From: Patellaria atrata CBS 101060
Lineage: Eukaryota
DNA: 64,000 bases
Assembly: GCA_010093705.1 (NCBI GenBank)
Contig: MU006110.1
Coordinates: forward strand, 142,377 to 206,376
Direction of reading: 5' to 3'
Shown piece by piece: positions 52,678 through 64,000 of this stretch. Made by a program: the position numbers and the translations under genes. Below the pieces are notes generated by a model that was not told the origin of the DNA, did not search any database, and worked only from the letters and a program-made list of their open reading frames with translations. Position 1 is the first letter of the stretch. The number at the start of each line of letters is the position of its first letter.

Positions 52678-53814
52678 CTACCCCTTCCACGGAGCTGGAC
52701 CAGGGACCTTATACGAGGATAAGTCCCTTTTCATGTTAATACTGTCATCTACCCAAACACCTGTTGTGCTATTAGAACTTGCTTGCCAATATTGGTCGGA
52801 TGGATATACCAGGATCATAATTATCATATACTCCTGGAAACTTTGCGAATGGACCAGGTTTGCCTTAGTTACATTTCTTTGTCAGTTTCTGCTCTATAAA
52901 TACACTTGGGGTTGGTAGTAGTGCGACAAACGCCTCAAATATGAGTGCAGATAGGAGATAATGGTCAACTTACCTCCTCCAGGGCCTACTACATCAATCT
53001 GAGCGCATGAGACGTAAAACTGCGACTCGTTGAACATGACGCGCGGCCAGAATTGCTCTACTCTGAGGAGATACTGGCCAGGTGGAGTTTTCCTTGGGAT
53101 AGTGAAGTTATACTACAGTTTACATAATCAGTCTAAAGTTTAGAAAATTTTATAAGTATCTCCAGGAACTGTTGTTCACGTCTTACCTCTGCAGGCACAT
53201 CACAACTGAAAGGCCAGCAGGTCTTGCTAATTGGTCCAGCTTCGTGGATCTTGAACCAGTTTCCATCACCTGGATATTCTTTCACGTTTCCAGGTGCTTT
53301 CGATAAATAAGCCGTTCCGGGGCCATCGTGGAATATCCCTACCGCCTGGCCAGATGTTAAGAGAACGCTCGTAGAAGGTAGACTCTTTGCAAAGCTCATA
53401 CTGGATACTCGATCCTGAAACCAACTTTCTCGCCAGCAATGACCGTCGCAACCTTAGTTGTGGCTCCACGCTCAGGTTTCCAGGCGTCTCGACCGCAACG
53501 CATATCTACGGATTCAAGATTGAACATAGGATTGTAGTTCAAGGGTTCCACCGCCGGGTTGTGCGGATCGCGGCTGAGTGAGAGGTTCCTTCATAACTTG
53601 AGAACCCGTTACATAAAAAGCACTTAAAGATTTTTCATACCTGACATATTGCCATTGCGCAGTCTCTGTGTTGTTGACTAAAAACTTGGAAAACGCATCT
53701 GAAATAGGGGGTCAGCAATATTTAGAAGAATACCTATTTGGCCCACCTACAATGAGCCGAAACGGAATCCAGCAATAAGCTTAAACTGATTGTGAGCAAT
53801 AATGAAGGTTTCAT
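52678..53814 (-). CDS. Divergent AA9 LPMO (seven small exons)
   Basis: MKPSLLLTISLSLLLDSVSA-HYAFSKFLVN...QWQYVR; DMRCGR; FHDGPGTAYLSKAP; GDGNWFKI; TPPGQYLLRVE; QFYVSCAQI; FPGVY; PGPAPWKG*. All joined by GT-AG introns. Confidence 0.85.
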
Positions 53815-56179
53815 TTTGTTTACATGGAATACAATATCTTAAAGGTGATTTGGCGTTCATCAATGAGTTCTTGGGGGAATTGGCGTCTCTAAATGCCACT
53901 ATTCTCAAAGCTTCATCGTGTCCCGACATAATGGGAAATACCCTCCCTACTCTTTGTCGACCACGTGTTGTAACTTTAGGAAAACGGTTGAATCTGGAGT
54001 GTGGTAATTGCTACGATGCTATATTCAAATAGATTAATACTCGGCGGGGAAGCAGCTCCTCCAATGTGCGGCGAGCCCGCCTTCTCCAGCCTTACGGAAA
54101 TCGTCGCACTACATGCTTCCCCAGAAAGAAAATAAATAGAAATTGGACAAGATATTGAAGAGATATTGAGTAGCTTAGCGAAGGGATGATCGCTCCATTG
54201 AGATGTTTTCCATTATTAATCGCCTTGTTCGAGTCTCTATACGTCTGATAGGAAGTTCGGTTGATGTCTGTACCAGACTCAGATCTTATAACTGAAAGGA
54301 CTATCCTCAGTTGTTATACGCACAAAAACTATGTTATTCAACCTACGGGTGATACCGTTCATCAAGTACTTTGCGCTTGATCCCCCGACGACTATGTAAA
54401 AATACGGTAAAGAAGCAAAAGTATAAGAACGAGAGATATAAAACCTGAGGAAGGTTTGCTAGAAGCAAAGAGTCTATGTCCGTAAAATTGGATTGCGAGG
54501 AGTAAAGAGCTCAGCATACTTATTGTGGCTGAATAGCTGGAAGTCACTGGTACCTCAGAAGGAGGGTCCTCGTATTGGCCTTTCTATTACTGTCATAGTA
54601 AGAGGACGCAGACAACTACATTTTGTCAGAGGAGAGCAAAGGAAGCGAAGCTGACTGGAATTTTAATGGACGTAGAGAAATTTTCTTTCCTGTAACAAAT
54701 TAAGAGAGAGTTTGAAGGAATGAGTTGAAAGGGAATGGCGCTCCACCGGAGACGACCCGGTGGAGTCTCTTGGCCCAGCGCGGCGACAGTTAAGGTATCC
54801 ACAGCCGCTACCGTGTTGTTTAAGTTCGTGCAGCATAGATAACAGGAGGTGAATATGTTACTAATTAGTTGTCTCATTGGCCATTCGGTTCTGCTGACAA
54901 TACCTGCGCCAGAAACTAAGAATATACTTTCATAGGGACTTTAAAAACAGATCGTGCGAGTTCTCAACCTCCTGCGCCCCTTGAAGTACGGATACCCGCT
55001 GCTATGACCTCTATTATATCTCCCAATAGCTTTTCTTCTCGCGGTCTTTCTGTTATTGCGGATAGGTATATGCCGCTCGCCGTATACCGCAATCACTCGC
55101 CGAGACCTACCCTCCTATAACCTTTATATCTTGATTGGTGCTATAAATCGTATGGGCTGGCATGCTTTTGTGGCTCTGGAGGGCCCGTTGTACAGGGTAT
55201 TCCTAGGCTGGCAAAAAGTAAGTCCATTGCATACCGTGAATAGGAAACCGTATTATCCCCTCATTGCGAGCCTTCGCATGATTGTAGCAAATGTGGTGTA
55301 AGGGTTGTTGAATGAGGTGCGTAAAAGGGGGTGGATATTAGAACTAGATAAATCAGCGCTTCTCTTGGACAGTACTTCTTGATTATCGGTTTCCTTGCTT
55401 TGTATTTTGGTCATTCATCAATTGAAATCCGCAGTGATCCATCGAGCGGCGTGTCGTTTACACTATCATCCTTTCATGGACGACGGCCATGCCACACGCG
55501 TTCCAGTGGCGAGATGGATCATTGGAGCCTCGAAGTCCGTCAATACCGCATTCTATTAATGCAAAACATATGGCCTTTCAATGCTCCCCGCGCAAAAATG
55601 ACGTGGTTATGATGGAAAAGTTATTAGTACCCTTTGTCACAGGTGGTAGGGCGGTGTCCTCCGCGAAATATCTTCGTCATTCTAATTTTCGTGTTTGCAT
55701 TATCGAGCGATTGATAAAATTATATGCTGAAACTATTCTTAGATATTGCCCGACCGCATCTAAAGATAGGATCTATGTAATCTAGATACGATACTTTAGA
55801 CCTTAGACTCATAAGGCATCAGCTCAAGTCCATACATTCTAAAGATCAACAACCTCAGACAACAATTTAACCCAGCAGTTAGAAACGCCCAAGAGGCGAT
55901 TCCAAACCTGTAGCTGAGCCAACTGCTAAATCATCATACGGTTTGTCTATCACCAGACGCTAAGAGTGATAGTACTTAAGGTCTTGTCAGAAAGAAAGGA
56001 AGGGAAGCAAGAGCTGAGCTGAACTCGTAAGATTTATATATTTACACCAAGCCTTCTGGCAGTAATCACGCTAACGCGGATTCAGATCAAGAGTACCGGC
56101 TTAATCTAAATATCAATTGCTAAGCATTAGAGTTATGAATGAATTGTATGGATTATGATCCCTTTGTTTGTACAGGCTA

Positions 56180-57020
56180 TCGGAACCCCGATCTCGGCTC
56201 ACCGAAGACGTTCGACAAAACTTACTTTTGTTTCCATAATGGGTTACTTTCTTTCAACGTATTCATGATTGGGTGACTTTACCTAGGAAGAGGGCCTACT
56301 TCCTTTCAGAGACCCGTGATTACTAACTTCACTTGCCACCTAGGAGCTTTGACAGGGTTCCGAAAGCTATCAACTGAATTCTATAACTTCAAAGTTACCC
56401 TTTTGGAATACCCGTGACTACCTTCCGAGTTTATAGAGACGCACCGGAGCCCCGTAATCGGTTACTAAAGACGTTCGACGTGTTCTAAATTGGTCTCCCT
56501 TAAAGGTTACCTCCCTTCTATATACTTATGACTACTAGCTTGTCTCAAGGGGTAACCCAACTCAGAAACAAGTCCAACTTTCGTAGAACGTCTCTCTAAC
56601 AGGCAGCAGCGGCTTCCATATGTCACCTCAGGCATCACCTAGGGGGCATGGAAGTTCCGACAAGGGTTTGAAGGTGTTCAACTGAAACTTTCTTTCTGAT
56701 TACCCCTTTCGGATCACTCGTACCTCCTTTCTTTGTTCAGCAGCGTGAACCTCGACTCTATGCTCCCGAAGTGGTTCAACGAGACATATCAAGGTCCCCG
56801 AAATACCTACCGGCGTTGAGTGGGTCCGTGATGCCGTGATTCCACTACTGAGTCATATGGGAGCATCGGAGTCCCGATACTGACTCCCCGAAGACGTTCA
56901 ACGAAACTTGTCTTTGTTTCCTTAAACAGTTACTTGCTTTAGGCCGACCCGAGACTTGTCCCCGAAGACCATTTAATGGAAACTCGCGTGCCCTGGGAGT
57001 TACTCCTTTTGGTCCACTCG
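56180..57020 (+). repeat. Array C of the degenerate GACGTTCGACGAAAC repeat
   Basis: Cores at about 56210, 56473, 56676, 56774 and 56896, plus one inverted copy at about 56576-56593. Confidence 0.72.
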
Positions 57021-58631
57021 ACCTTGCCGCATCCAATCTCAAGTTCCAGGAAGAGAAAATAGAACATCACATCTAAACAAGATCGTTGGACATAAGCAGT
57101 AACGAAGAAAGTGATCGAAGCAAGACGAATATTCAGAATATCTATTTTGGGTGCTCACGTTTGTTGAGATATCAGAGAGGCACTGTTCAGAGATACGAAA
57201 GATATGTGACAAATTACGCAAAAGAGACCCCTAATACGGACCCATCCATAGAATTTTCAAGGGATATACCCAGAGTTGTTTCATGCGAGTTACTTCAGCA
57301 GCGTATTCAACACTTCCTCCTTGATTAGGTTTCATGGGTACCATGATTGATAATATTCGCCCGAATATCTCTTTCCAACATAACAACTTGGACTGTATTC
57401 TCAAAGATGACCGCCGCCGCAATGGATTCACCTTCTAAAACAGATCCTAGCAATCCTCCAACGAGTCCCGGTGAAACGTCGACAAATACGACATGCACAC
57501 GTTACCACACACACTAAGATAGTAATAGCGAGATAAGACGGAGATCGTCCATGCTTGACTCCAAGCTGCTACGGCAACCTTTGATAAGACGTCAATTGAC
57601 AATATCAGTAGCAAGTGCTGACCAGGTCCTCCACTGTTAGTGGATGAGGTGAGTTGGAGGTAATCTTGAAATGATAGTTCTAGAGTTTTGTAACAGGGGC
57701 TTGCTGAACGCCGTCTTGAAGGATCTCGATGATATCCTAAACACTCCTGCGCAGAAGTAGCTGTGGCCTTACTGGAGATATTGGGCATACCATATCGGCC
57801 GTAAGGGGACGTATTCCTAACATCAGGGGTACCTGTATAGAATGCCATTTTAGGCGTCTATCCTTCTTAGACTTGTCTTCAACTAGGTCCATGTAGATAT
57901 GCTGGGATGGTTCCTGGCGTTATTGGAAGCATCCCTCCTTATTTCCCGAATCTGCGTATGGAGTCCGCGATACATGGACACCCCCCTATTTGAGGTTGCC
58001 GTTGAAGGTACTCGAAGAGTAATATCCCCATACGCCCACCATACCAGAAGCATATAGGCATACTCTATAGATATAGGTTCTATGTACGGAGTACAGTCTT
58101 CCCTTCGTAGGCTTTCTAGGGGTAGATCCTACTATGGTACCAGTTGTTCCACATCGGGTATTCCCACTCAATTTTCGAGAAAACATCCAGGGGTCATAGA
58201 CTCGGATGAATATTAGAAAAGTGCTTTCCATTATACTGCACCAAAACATGCATCGTACGCGTAGTGAGGTTCTCATTTTCTGCTATTGCGCCGCGTAATG
58301 AAGCGGTGTAATCAACCCCCGTCCCATGTTGCGGGACACTAAAATGACCGCAGGATTACAAAGAAAGGTAGCTTACATGACCAGAATGTCGCCGGCATGA
58401 TGTTTGTCAGGCGATATCGCATGAGAGCTCTCAACGTCGTGCTTGACATAAAGTTGGAGCTATGGAGCTTCCATATGATTTTTGGTCTGGAAGCTTGAGT
58501 ATAAAGGACGGGCAGTCCGCAAGTCTGTAATGGCTATACAGGCTTCAATCAATTGCGAAGAAGATTATATCAACTGATACAGTTACAAAGAATTGGATCC
58601 ATAGAAGAATAATAGCCAGAAGAAATACAAG

Positions 58632-59836
58632 ATGGTCAAGATTTTCGTGTACGTGCACACCAGCCACAAACCGTGGCGTAGGATCCCTCCTCAGTTTGAT
58701 TCCGTATTATCTCGAATAGAATTTGACACCTTACTAACACCCCATTGCCAGTCAAGGTATTACGGGCTACATCGGTGGTGATGGATTCTATGCACTGGCC
58801 ACCGCCCATCCCGAGTACGAGTACACAGCTCTCGTCCGAACCACCGACAAGGGCGCAAAAGTCGCTGCTCAATTCCCCAGCGTGAGGCTCGTCTACGGAG
58901 GTCTCGACGACCACGATCTTCTAGTCGAGGAAGCCTCAAAGGCTGACATCGTAATCAGTCGGTATCCTTGACTCCACTCATAGCTCGTTCACCGCTGACA
59001 ATGGTTATCACACAGACTGGGCGGATGCAGACCACGAGGGCAATATCAAAGCGCTCCTTGAGGGTCTCGCAAAACATTCCTCCCCGGGATACTTCATCCA
59101 GACCTCGGGCACCGGCATTTTGATGTACCCCGACATGCAAACAAAGACATTCGGTGAAGGGTCCAACAAAGTCTTTGACGACTGGGAGGGCATCAATGAG
59201 GTCACCAGCATACCCGATTTCGCACCCCACAGGGGCGCAGACAAGCTTGTGATCGAAGCGCACAAAACTTCTGCGACCAAGACAGCCGTCGTATGCCCAC
59301 CATGTATCTACGGAACGGGCCGAGGAGCCGTCAACACGCGCAGCATCCAAATCTACGATCTTGCAAAGATTGTTCTCGAGCGCGGAGCGGGCTTCACAAT
59401 CGGCAAGGGCCTATCCCAATGGTCACAAATCCACGTCCATGATCTTTCAGACGCGTATGTCAAGCTTGTGGAGGCAGCTGCCGCTGGTGGGGGTAACGCG
59501 ACTTGGGGTGCAGAGGGCTACTACTTTACTGAGAACGGCGACTTCGAATGGGGTCAGATGTCCAAGGCTGTGACGGAAGAGGCGCACAAGAGAGGTTGGA
59601 TCAAGTCAACGGATCTTGACTCTGTTACACCTGATGAGGCTAATCAGCTGAGGGGATTCGGTGCGTATCTCTGGGGTGTGAACTCGAAGAGTAAGGCTAT
59701 CAGAGCTAGGAAGCTGTTTGGGTGGGAGCCTACGCAACCCCTAATGATCGATCTTGTTCCCAGTATTGTGGAAGGAGAGGCAAAGGCTTTGGGTATTCTG
59801 AAGAGCCATGCTGCTGAAGCAGCTGGGGATGCTTGA
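58632..59836 (+). CDS. Atypical/extended SDR, NAD-dependent epimerase/dehydratase family
   Basis: Spliced MVKIFV-QGITGYIGG Rossmann motif; FIQTSGTGIL; VCPPCIYGTGRG; WSQIHVHDL; ARKLFGWEP. Two introns. Confidence 0.88.
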
Positions 59837-60122
59837 GACAATCATGGATTTAAGGTTTGTTCACGGTCTTCTTCCGTATATCAACAGCAAATTAGCATAT
59901 AATTTCCTACTACTACATACACCCAAGCTAACTCCGATGCAAACTCAAATTCAATATGTGGTATCGATCCTCTCTGTGCAAATCAGCTCGATAAGACAAT
60001 TGACGCTGTGATGAACAAAAGCTTCCGCTTCCTCATGAACCATTAACCTTATTCCCATCTCGTATTCTTTGTTGATGGCGTTTGTAGAACAGTAATGACA
60101 GATATACTTTATATTGTACAAG

Positions 60123-60861
60123 CTAACCGCGAGGGAAAGTGATGGTGGCGGTAAGGCAGGTGATTTTGTCGCCGTCTTTAGTGAAGACATCGGCAAGGAC
60201 AGTGAATTTCCCCTATAGAATTTGATGTTAGCATATCATATACCATAGCAGACAACAAGAGAAGAGAAACTTACTGGTGGGATCTCCTTGGGGAGATCGA
60301 CTTCCTTCGACAGCGTCAAGTCGCCCTTCTCAAGCGGGCATTCTAGATCAATCTCTCCAACTTGATCGCAGAGCTTGTATTCCTGGTTGATCAGAGTGAT
60401 GAGACCGTATTTGACTTGCACGTGGATCTTAGCGCCCTCCTCAATCTCCTCGGTGAGATTTCCTGATGCTTTGATACTGAGGGTTTTACCACTATTCAGA
60501 ACACTACGTGTCAGTATACACAGAATTACAACCCGCTATACTTCTCACCATAGTTGTGTCATGGTGAATCGAGCACGTGCACTATACAGACTGGTACTAT
60601 TGTACTGAGGGATGTTATAGAGATAGAAAGTGTTGCTTACGCTTTGGGGGGGTTAGGATCCAAATCCACCTTCTTGATCTGCAAGATATCATCGTCCGGC
60701 TTCGAGCAGAAGTATAGAGGATTCTCCCCCGGAACCTTCAAGCTATCATCTTGTATCACGGCCTGCGAGTCGGTGAACCAGTTGCCGCGCTTATCGACGT
60801 TGATCTGGATGGCGCTTGAGGTGGTTACCAGCAGGGAGAGGAAGATGGTAGAGAAGTGCAT
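60123..60861 (-). CDS. NPC2: ML-domain sterol/phospholipid transfer protein Npc2
   Basis: Signal peptide; [55 protein letters not shown]. Two introns. Confidence 0.9.
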
Positions 60862-61873
60862 GGTGAGAGGTAATTATAGTGTTGGGTTGAGCGTTGAGAT
60901 GAAGAAAGAAGAGGAGCTTGAGGTTGCGTGGATGATGAAATGCGATGATGAGGCTAGTGCGTGGCTTGGCCCCGTAATCGTCGGGGGATGATGGGAGTGA
61001 CATCTGTGACCTCTTCTAAGCTACCTTCTGTATAAGAAAAGCTTCATACGTATTGAGGCACTAAAAGATAATGTCCGAGTACGATATCGTATCAGCTTTA
61101 TTTTGTACAGTCCGCATACGAGATATGGCCACGAGCGTATCTTACCAAAAGGAGCTCTTCTGGGGCCTTTGGAACGGTGTCTAACATCTAACACTAAAAG
61201 TACACTACAGCAAATGGAACTACAAGTGTACATCTCTGTATCCGGGACAAGAAGCAAATACTAATGTCTAATATTCAACCCTAGATCTTATACAGTACTG
61301 TACCGGTCATCTCCCATATACAACCAGAAGTGTACAGATAATCCAGAAATGATTATCAAGTCCAAACAGAAATCTGTACCATCTAGGAATTAAATACCTC
61401 CTTCTCGTACGATTTAAATGCTAAGATACGCCAGTTGTATACAGATCATACGCAATTAGTTCTGAAGCCTTAGAGGCAATTGGCATCCTTCAATACCTTG
61501 ACTACTGGACATTGTACGGTCCATTTGAGTACGTGACCGAAAGTCCGTATACTTGTCTATTGTACGTTTCCTCGCTGCATATTTTTTCACTAGACATTTC
61601 CTCACTGTACGCCTGCTTTTCAAACATTCCCTCTTCGCATGACGGCCTATTATATGAGTTGGCTCTTTTATCATATTACCTGAATGGTGAGTCAAGTCCT
61701 AAGCCTCCGAATGGGATCAACGTTCAAGCATGCCCGGGCATACCGAGCATTAAGACTTTATCACCAGAGTTTAAAGACTAAAATTTCATGAAACACAACA
61801 ATCTGATTACAGTATCTACTTGGTATCTCACGTACTACTTGATACAACCACCTAGCCCACAACTTTTTACCCC

Positions 61874-63895
61874 TTAACCCATATTGCTCCCCCTCCTCTT
61901 AACCTCCTCATCCTCCTTATCCAAATCCTGCTCTAGCCTATTCATCTCATCCTCGGTATAATTATACTTATGAAAGAAAATCCACACGAAGCATCCGAAC
62001 CCAAAGCTCCCAACCGCCAAGCCGGTATACATCCACATGATGGCCGGATCGTACAGCACCGGATTGAATGCCTCACTGATGGCCGACCCAAACGCGTTCG
62101 TCAATAAATACATGCTCTGCACGAAACTCTTCATACTAGGGGGCGCCTTCGTGTATGCGTATTCGAGCCCCGTGACAGAGGCAAAGATCTCGGCGATCCC
62201 GATGAAGACGTACGCGGGAGTTTGCACGGCAATATGCACGTTATTGCCCTGTGCGACGCCATTCTCATCAACTGAAGCAGGGCAGAAGGGAGTACCGTAG
62301 CAAGGACCCGCTTTGTACACGAGGTGCTGCACGATGGCCGCGTAGGCCATACTGAGCGAGGCAATGCAGAACCCTAAAGTGATACGGTTGATGGGCGGGA
62401 AGGGGATGTGAAGTTTGCGCAGGACGGGATAGAGAACGCGGTCGATGATGGGGATGAACACGATAATGGAGATTGGATCGAAATTTTGCATTAAATCGTT
62501 AGGGAGGCCGTGGCCGCGCATTTGGGCAGCTATGATAGAGGTTAATGAACCGCTGACTTCTAAGACAGAATTTAAGAGGTACTACCTTGTGAGACGAAGT
62601 TACCGCTAAATTGCCCATACACCACCCAGAAGATGGGATAAAGCGTGAAGACCTTACAAGCGATAAGGGCCCGCTTGACCTCATCGACGAAGTGGTCGTT
62701 CCAGCGCTCGGTCACAGGGAGACCATGTTCCCTTTGGTAAGATGGCTTTGCCGCATTCATGTCACGGCGCTTGATCATTTGCCAAATGATGCGGAAAGCA
62801 TCAGTGATGACCGAGCCCTGCGGTGGACGAACAACGTAGTATTTGCGCCCGAAGACCAGAACGACGAATCCGCACAGAAACATGCAGAGACCAAGGAGAT
62901 ACGCCGACCAGAAACCTACGTCCCGCTCCATGTATGGTGTTGCTAGGAGCGAAAGAGATCCTACGTTGATACAGAAGTAGAAGATCATGTAAATCCTTTG
63001 GATAGTAATGGCTGGGTCAAGAATGATTCTCTCCCCGGATTCTAGCGTACTGATAGCCATCTGTCTACGCTTGTATTGGTCGGCGATGAGCGGTGCGACG
63101 TTGGATTTGATACCTCCAGTGCCGATACCGATGATGAGGATGGAAGCGATGAAGCCACCAGTACCAGATCCCCTTTCGAGCAGAGAAGGGATAGATGTAA
63201 TGGTGAGAATGAGGAGACCAACTATGTATACTCCGCAGAAGATGACAATAGTTTTGTATTTTCCTAGGTACTGATCTGCGATGATTGCGCCGAAGATGGG
63301 TGTCACTAGGACATGTCAGGAAATTTTCGCCTTCAACTCGATGGTTCCACCTTCACAAGATGGCTTCTCACTAGAGGGAAAGATATGTGGGCTTACCATA
63401 GCACCAGAACTGAAAGAATGTTGAGAGACCAGTGGCACCTTGGTGGCCCATACCAAGAGCACCACGCCCTAGACTTCCGTCAAATGGACGCTGAATGTAG
63501 TTTTGGAAGAGACCAGAAACACCATAGTACGTAAATCGTTCGCAGAATTCGACGAAGGCAACTAGGAACGCCGACCAAGGTAAACTCTCTCCAACATGTC
63601 GTAGTGTCTTTTTTTCTGCTTCCGTGGGATAATCACCGTCCTTTGTTTGGAAAGAATCTCTATCACTGTCATAGTGCCCTGATGAGCCATGCTCTTTCTC
63701 ATTTACACCAGGCTTCTCAACAACGGAGTTACTTCTATCGCGGAGTTCACCACCGAAGATATCTTTCTCCTTGTGTTTGTCCTCGGGATGTGGCAGCACA
63801 TGATGGAGACTAAGAGCAGGTTAGCCACATTGAACCGTATAATAAGTGAGTGATCCATACACTGCGGTATCGACTGTATGGTCTCCAGTCGCCAT
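61874..63895 (-). CDS. PTR2: POT/PTR family di-/tripeptide transporter
   Basis: EFCERFTYYG; GAIIADQYLGKYKTI; GTGGIKSNV; FYFCINVGSL; EYAYTKAPPSMKS. Inferred first exon MATGDHTVDTA at 63895; three introns. Confidence 0.92.
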
Positions 63896-64000
63896 GACGA
63901 AATACGAGTATGAACTGTGTAGACACGAGCAGAGGGAGGGCTTGGTGCACTATCAAGGGGGGGGAAACTCAATAAATATATCATCTGCAATATCACACCA

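Noticed and set aside
54300..55350. Possible RIP-degraded transposon sequence
   Set aside because: TpA-rich patches only. No recognisable transposase or RT motifs, or termini.
4470..57020. Calling the GACGTTCGACG arrays CRISPR
   Set aside because: Eukaryotic context, no cas genes, short and degenerate cores, irregular spacing, and intervals that are partly homologous to each other.
57447..58276. Minus-strand ORFs as a gene or pseudogene
   Set aside because: No recognisable motif or consistent splice model.

Overview
Intron-containing genomic DNA from a filamentous ascomycete (Pezizomycotina; Dothideomycete-like by inference). It has GT-AG introns with CTRAY branch sites and no prokaryotic features. 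I can support about 22 protein-coding genes. The housekeeping genes are a C2H2/fungal-TF regulator, BRO1, mitochondrial DnaJ, SAP30, TIM21, MSP1, PNS1, NPC2 and PTR2. Accessory stretches lie between them. Main points of interest: (1) a three-gene module at 23-29.5 kb, made of an atypical HSPA12-like Hsp70, a tail-anchored septin/GIMAP-like GTPase and a coiled-coil protein with a GrpE-like C-terminus; (2) a secreted But2-domain protein with six Cys/His-rich repeats that each carry a KR site; (3) a degenerate ~100-bp repeat with core GACGTTCGACGAAAC, arrayed at three separate intergenic loci; (4) a fragmented GSK-3 kinase pseudogene; (5) two AA9 LPMOs, one lacking the second-sphere His; (6) RIP-like relics. 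Exon boundaries were read by eye, and family calls come from motif recognition, not database searches.
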